The position numbers and the translations under genes were made by a program. From a virus, in the IMG/VR virus record IMGVR_UViG_3300020165_000005, positions 1 to 22,780 of that record: a DNA stretch of 22,780 bases; one strand, written 5' to 3'. Below are positions 20,687-22,780 of this stretch, piece after piece (positions within the stretch are counted from its first letter, which is position 1; each line of letters begins with the position of its first letter). The notes beneath the pieces were generated by a model. It did no database searches and was not told the origin of the DNA. It saw only the letters and a list, made by a program, of their open reading frames with translations.

Positions 20687-22378
20687 CTACAATGATATTA
20701 TATCGAAATTCTGCTCTGTCTCCTGTGGCGTCTTCATGTGTTCGCCTATGCCCATGACCATGGCAACAATTGGATCAATCTTGCCGCCGCTCTTTTGTTT
20801 GTCGGCTTTTATGTTGCCCGCCGGATCCATTTTTAACTCGACGTTTCCAAGCGCCCAACGCAGGACCGGATCGCCATCGTGCCAAACCTTGCCCGTCCTT
20901 ACTAGCACCTCCAGTTGTTTGGTGGGTGACGACATAGACACAAAGCCCTGACCGAATGGAGTCAGCGGCACGCCGTCGTCCACTAGGTCGATTGCAATCT
21001 GCGTGCTGTTGTATCTGTCGAATGCAATCTTTTCTATTTGGTAGTTATGCATCAAACTAGTGGCGTCTACCTCCTGACCGTCGGGGCGGTTCATCACCCC
21101 ACTGACCAGCCGGCGGATTGCCGCGTAGTCCGTTACGTTTCCATCTGTTATGTGGAAGTTTGGAAGATCTAAAAAAGTGCGATAAATATGCGACGGGTCG
21201 CGGTCCAGTATGTTGTCAATGGTATCGCTGGGCATGAAGTAATGCCCGCGCACATGGTAGCCGTCGCCGTCAGGGTACACCATTACCAGCGCCGTCATAT
21301 CGGAAACGCTTGCAAGGTCCAACCCACCCCAACAGATCCGCCCCGTCAAATCCTCCTGCCGTTCGTTTGCGCTCCATATCTCGTCCTGTATCCAAGTCTT
21401 TGAAGCGGTCACCCATTTATTTAGGTGCTTGGTTTTAAATTCTACCTCGCGCGATCCGCCTAGGTTAATGGCTTGCTGTAACTGTGACTCCAATAGCTGC
21501 GGGCGTAGCGCCACGCCCAACGATGGGTTAGCCTTTATCCATGTGCTGGAGTCCGTCCAATCGTCATCTTCGTCCAGCTCATAGATCAACGCAAATTGTG
21601 CATCGTCGTGCTTCACTCCGTCGAGTATTTCCTTGCACGTCTTTTGCATTTCGTAGCATGGAGATTCACGGTTAAAGCCTGCCGTGGTAATGGTAAGGTG
21701 TAACGGGTTACGCCGCGCCTGCATACCTGATCGCAGGACGTTCGCCACACCATCGGTTGGGTGCGCGTGGTATTCATCAATTCCTGCGAAGTGTATGTTC
21801 AGGCCGTCAAGTGTATCGCGCTCGCTGCTTAGGTACGTGCATCGCGCTGAGAGCGTTGGCGCTTTAATGTCGTGCTTTCCCGCTCTTAAGTGTCGCCTGA
21901 GTTGCGGCGAGATCGAAACCATCCTTTGCGCTTCGTCGAATCCGATTTTAGCCTGATCCTTTTTCGTTGCTGCAAAATAAACCTCGGCAGCTTTTTCCTG
22001 ATCAAAGAAAAGAGCAGCGAGCGCACAACCCGCCATAAGTGTCGTCTTGCCATTCTTGCGAGCCACAGTAATATATGCATAATTGAAGCGTCTTGTACCG
22101 TCTTCACGAAACCACCCGTAAAGATTCCACAATATAAACTGTTGCCATGGAAGTGGATCGAACGGTTGACCATCCCATTCACCTACCGTGTGCCGGATCG
22201 CCCTCTGAAAAAATGTAATGTAAGCCTGTGCAGTCTTTGGTTTAAACTCAAGGCCGCGCTCCTCGGCTGTGTCAAGATCGGTAAGGTATCGCTGGCACGC
22301 CTTGGCCACATACTTGGCCGCTGGTATCTTGCCCGTTATAACGTCGAGTGCATACGTGTGCCCAACGCTGTCAAGCAT
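20687..22378 (-). CDS. terL: Terminase large subunit
   Basis: 563 aa. Motifs: PWQQFILWNLYGW, Walker A VARKNGKTT, Walker B-like HFAGIDEYH, and a C-terminal nuclease block WGGLDLASVSD. Confidence 0.9.
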   Translation of the reverse strand: MLDSVGHTYALDVITGKIPAAKYVAKACQRYLTDLDTAEERGLEFKPKTAQAYITFFQRAIRHTVGEWDGQPFDPLPWQQFILWNLYGWFREDGTRRFNYAYITVARKNGKTTLMAGCALAALFFDQEKAAEVYFAATKKDQAKIGFDEAQRMVSISPQLRRHLRAGKHDIKAPTLSARCTYLSSERDTLDGLNIHFAGIDEYHAHPTDGVANVLRSGMQARRNPLHLTITTAGFNRESPCYEMQKTCKEILDGVKHDDAQFALIYELDEDDDWTDSSTWIKANPSLGVALRPQLLESQLQQAINLGGSREVEFKTKHLNKWVTASKTWIQDEIWSANERQEDLTGRICWGGLDLASVSDMTALVMVYPDGDGYHVRGHYFMPSDTIDNILDRDPSHIYRTFLDLPNFHITDGNVTDYAAIRRLVSGVMNRPDGQEVDATSLMHNYQIEKIAFDRYNSTQIAIDLVDDGVPLTPFGQGFVSMSSPTKQLEVLVRTGKVWHDGDPVLRWALGNVELKMDPAGNIKADKQKSGGKIDPIVAMVMGIGEHMKTPQETEQNFDIISL

Positions 22379-22751
22379 CTTTAAAAGTTAGGAGCTGCTC
22401 AAGTTCGTCGTCCATTTCAACCTCGACTTCGATGCGCTTCCTTGCCGCTGGTGTCATACCTAACTCCTTCAGCACTACCAAATATTTGGATCGTGACTCA
22501 ACTAACATTTGATGCTCAGGCCGGTGCTTCGTCATCGTGCCGCCGTCACGGTTTTTGAATTCGTAGGTGTAACCTTTTTCGTCAATCAGGCTTTGCAGTT
22601 CTCGAACCTCAACCGCTAGGCAGGCCGCCATTGTTAAAAGGTCTTCATCTAATTCGCCAATGTGTCGAGCGCTGCGCAGTGCGTTTTTTATGCGCTTGTA
22701 TTCAAGCTTTTGCGTCTTTGTCAGTACGTCCATGCTCAAAGGTAGCGCCAA
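22371..22751 (-). CDS. terS: Terminase small subunit (P27 family); start is either TTG at 22751 or ATG at 22733
   Basis: 126 aa. The segment ...LDEDLLTMAACLAVEVRELQSLIDEKGYTYEF...HRPEHQMLVESRSKYLVVLKELGMTPAARKRI matches the ELGLTPaaR tail of that family. The 5' end lies inside the terminal repeat. Confidence 0.8.
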   Translation of the reverse strand: MALPLSMDVLTKTQKLEYKRIKNALRSARHIGELDEDLLTMAACLAVEVRELQSLIDEKGYTYEFKNRDGGTMTKHRPEHQMLVESRSKYLVVLKELGMTPAARKRIEVEVEMDDELEQLLTFKDA

Positions 22752-22780
22752 AACCCAAAGAAAAAAATGAAATATTTCGC
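22654..22780. repeat. Terminal direct repeat, copy B (identical to 1..127)
   Basis: See copy A. The length of 127 nt equals a commonly used maximum assembler k-mer. Confidence 0.95.

Larger units (their letters stand above)
1..22780. mobile_element. Complete tailed-phage genome (HK97-type head, siphovirus-like tail), closed on itself; about 22,653 bp unique
   Basis: Full packaging, head, neck, tail, lysis and replication gene set on one strand. The first 127 nt are identical to the last 127 nt. The HNH gene at the left end and terS at the right end become neighbours on circularisation. Confidence 0.85.

Noticed and set aside
1-22780. A lysogeny module, tRNA/rRNA genes, or a toxin-antitoxin or defence island
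   Set aside because: I found no integrase or recombinase motifs, no divergent repressor/cro pair, no cloverleaf-like tRNA candidate in the few intergenic gaps, and no nuclease/ATPase defence-type ORFs. All sizeable ORFs are accounted for by phage modules.

Overview
This 22,780-nt window is a complete small tailed-phage genome, not a chromosomal fragment. Bases 1-127 are identical to bases 22654-22780, so the sequence closes on itself (unique length about 22,653 bp). The small-terminase gene is therefore split across the artificial ends. Every convincing gene is on the minus strand. Genes are packed with ATGA/TGATG stop-start overlaps, and Shine-Dalgarno motifs are essentially absent.

Gene order on the minus strand, reading from 22751 downward:
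- Packaging and head: terS (P27 type), terL, HK97-type portal, a prohead protease fused in frame to the major capsid protein, then a terminator.
- Neck: gp6-like connector, head-closure adaptor, gp10-like neck protein, then a 952-aa protein. Its N-terminus looks like a tail-terminator/completion domain and the rest is a carbohydrate-binding fibre.
- Tail: two unknown small ORFs, major tail protein, tail chaperone G/GT with a -1 slippery A8 run, tape measure, and a single 772-aa tail-tip protein.
- Lysis region: small membrane proteins, an M15 endolysin, a metallophosphoesterase, another small membrane protein, then a terminator.
- Boundary cassette: a terminator-bracketed, low-GC gene preceded by tandem operator-like repeats.
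- Early/replication module: BT4734/VirE-N-like primase domain, short orphan C5 methyltransferase, DUF3127-like OB-fold protein, HTH protein, a replication initiator containing an iteron plus AT-rich origin-like array, and a NinG-like protein.
- An HNH endonuclease sits next to terS once the genome is circularised.

I saw no integrase, repressor, transposase, tRNA, rRNA or CRISPR array. I read this as a probably virulent, cos-type (HNH-assisted) siphovirus-like phage. A Bacteroidota-type host is suggested only indirectly. All family assignments come from motif recognition by eye; no searches were run.
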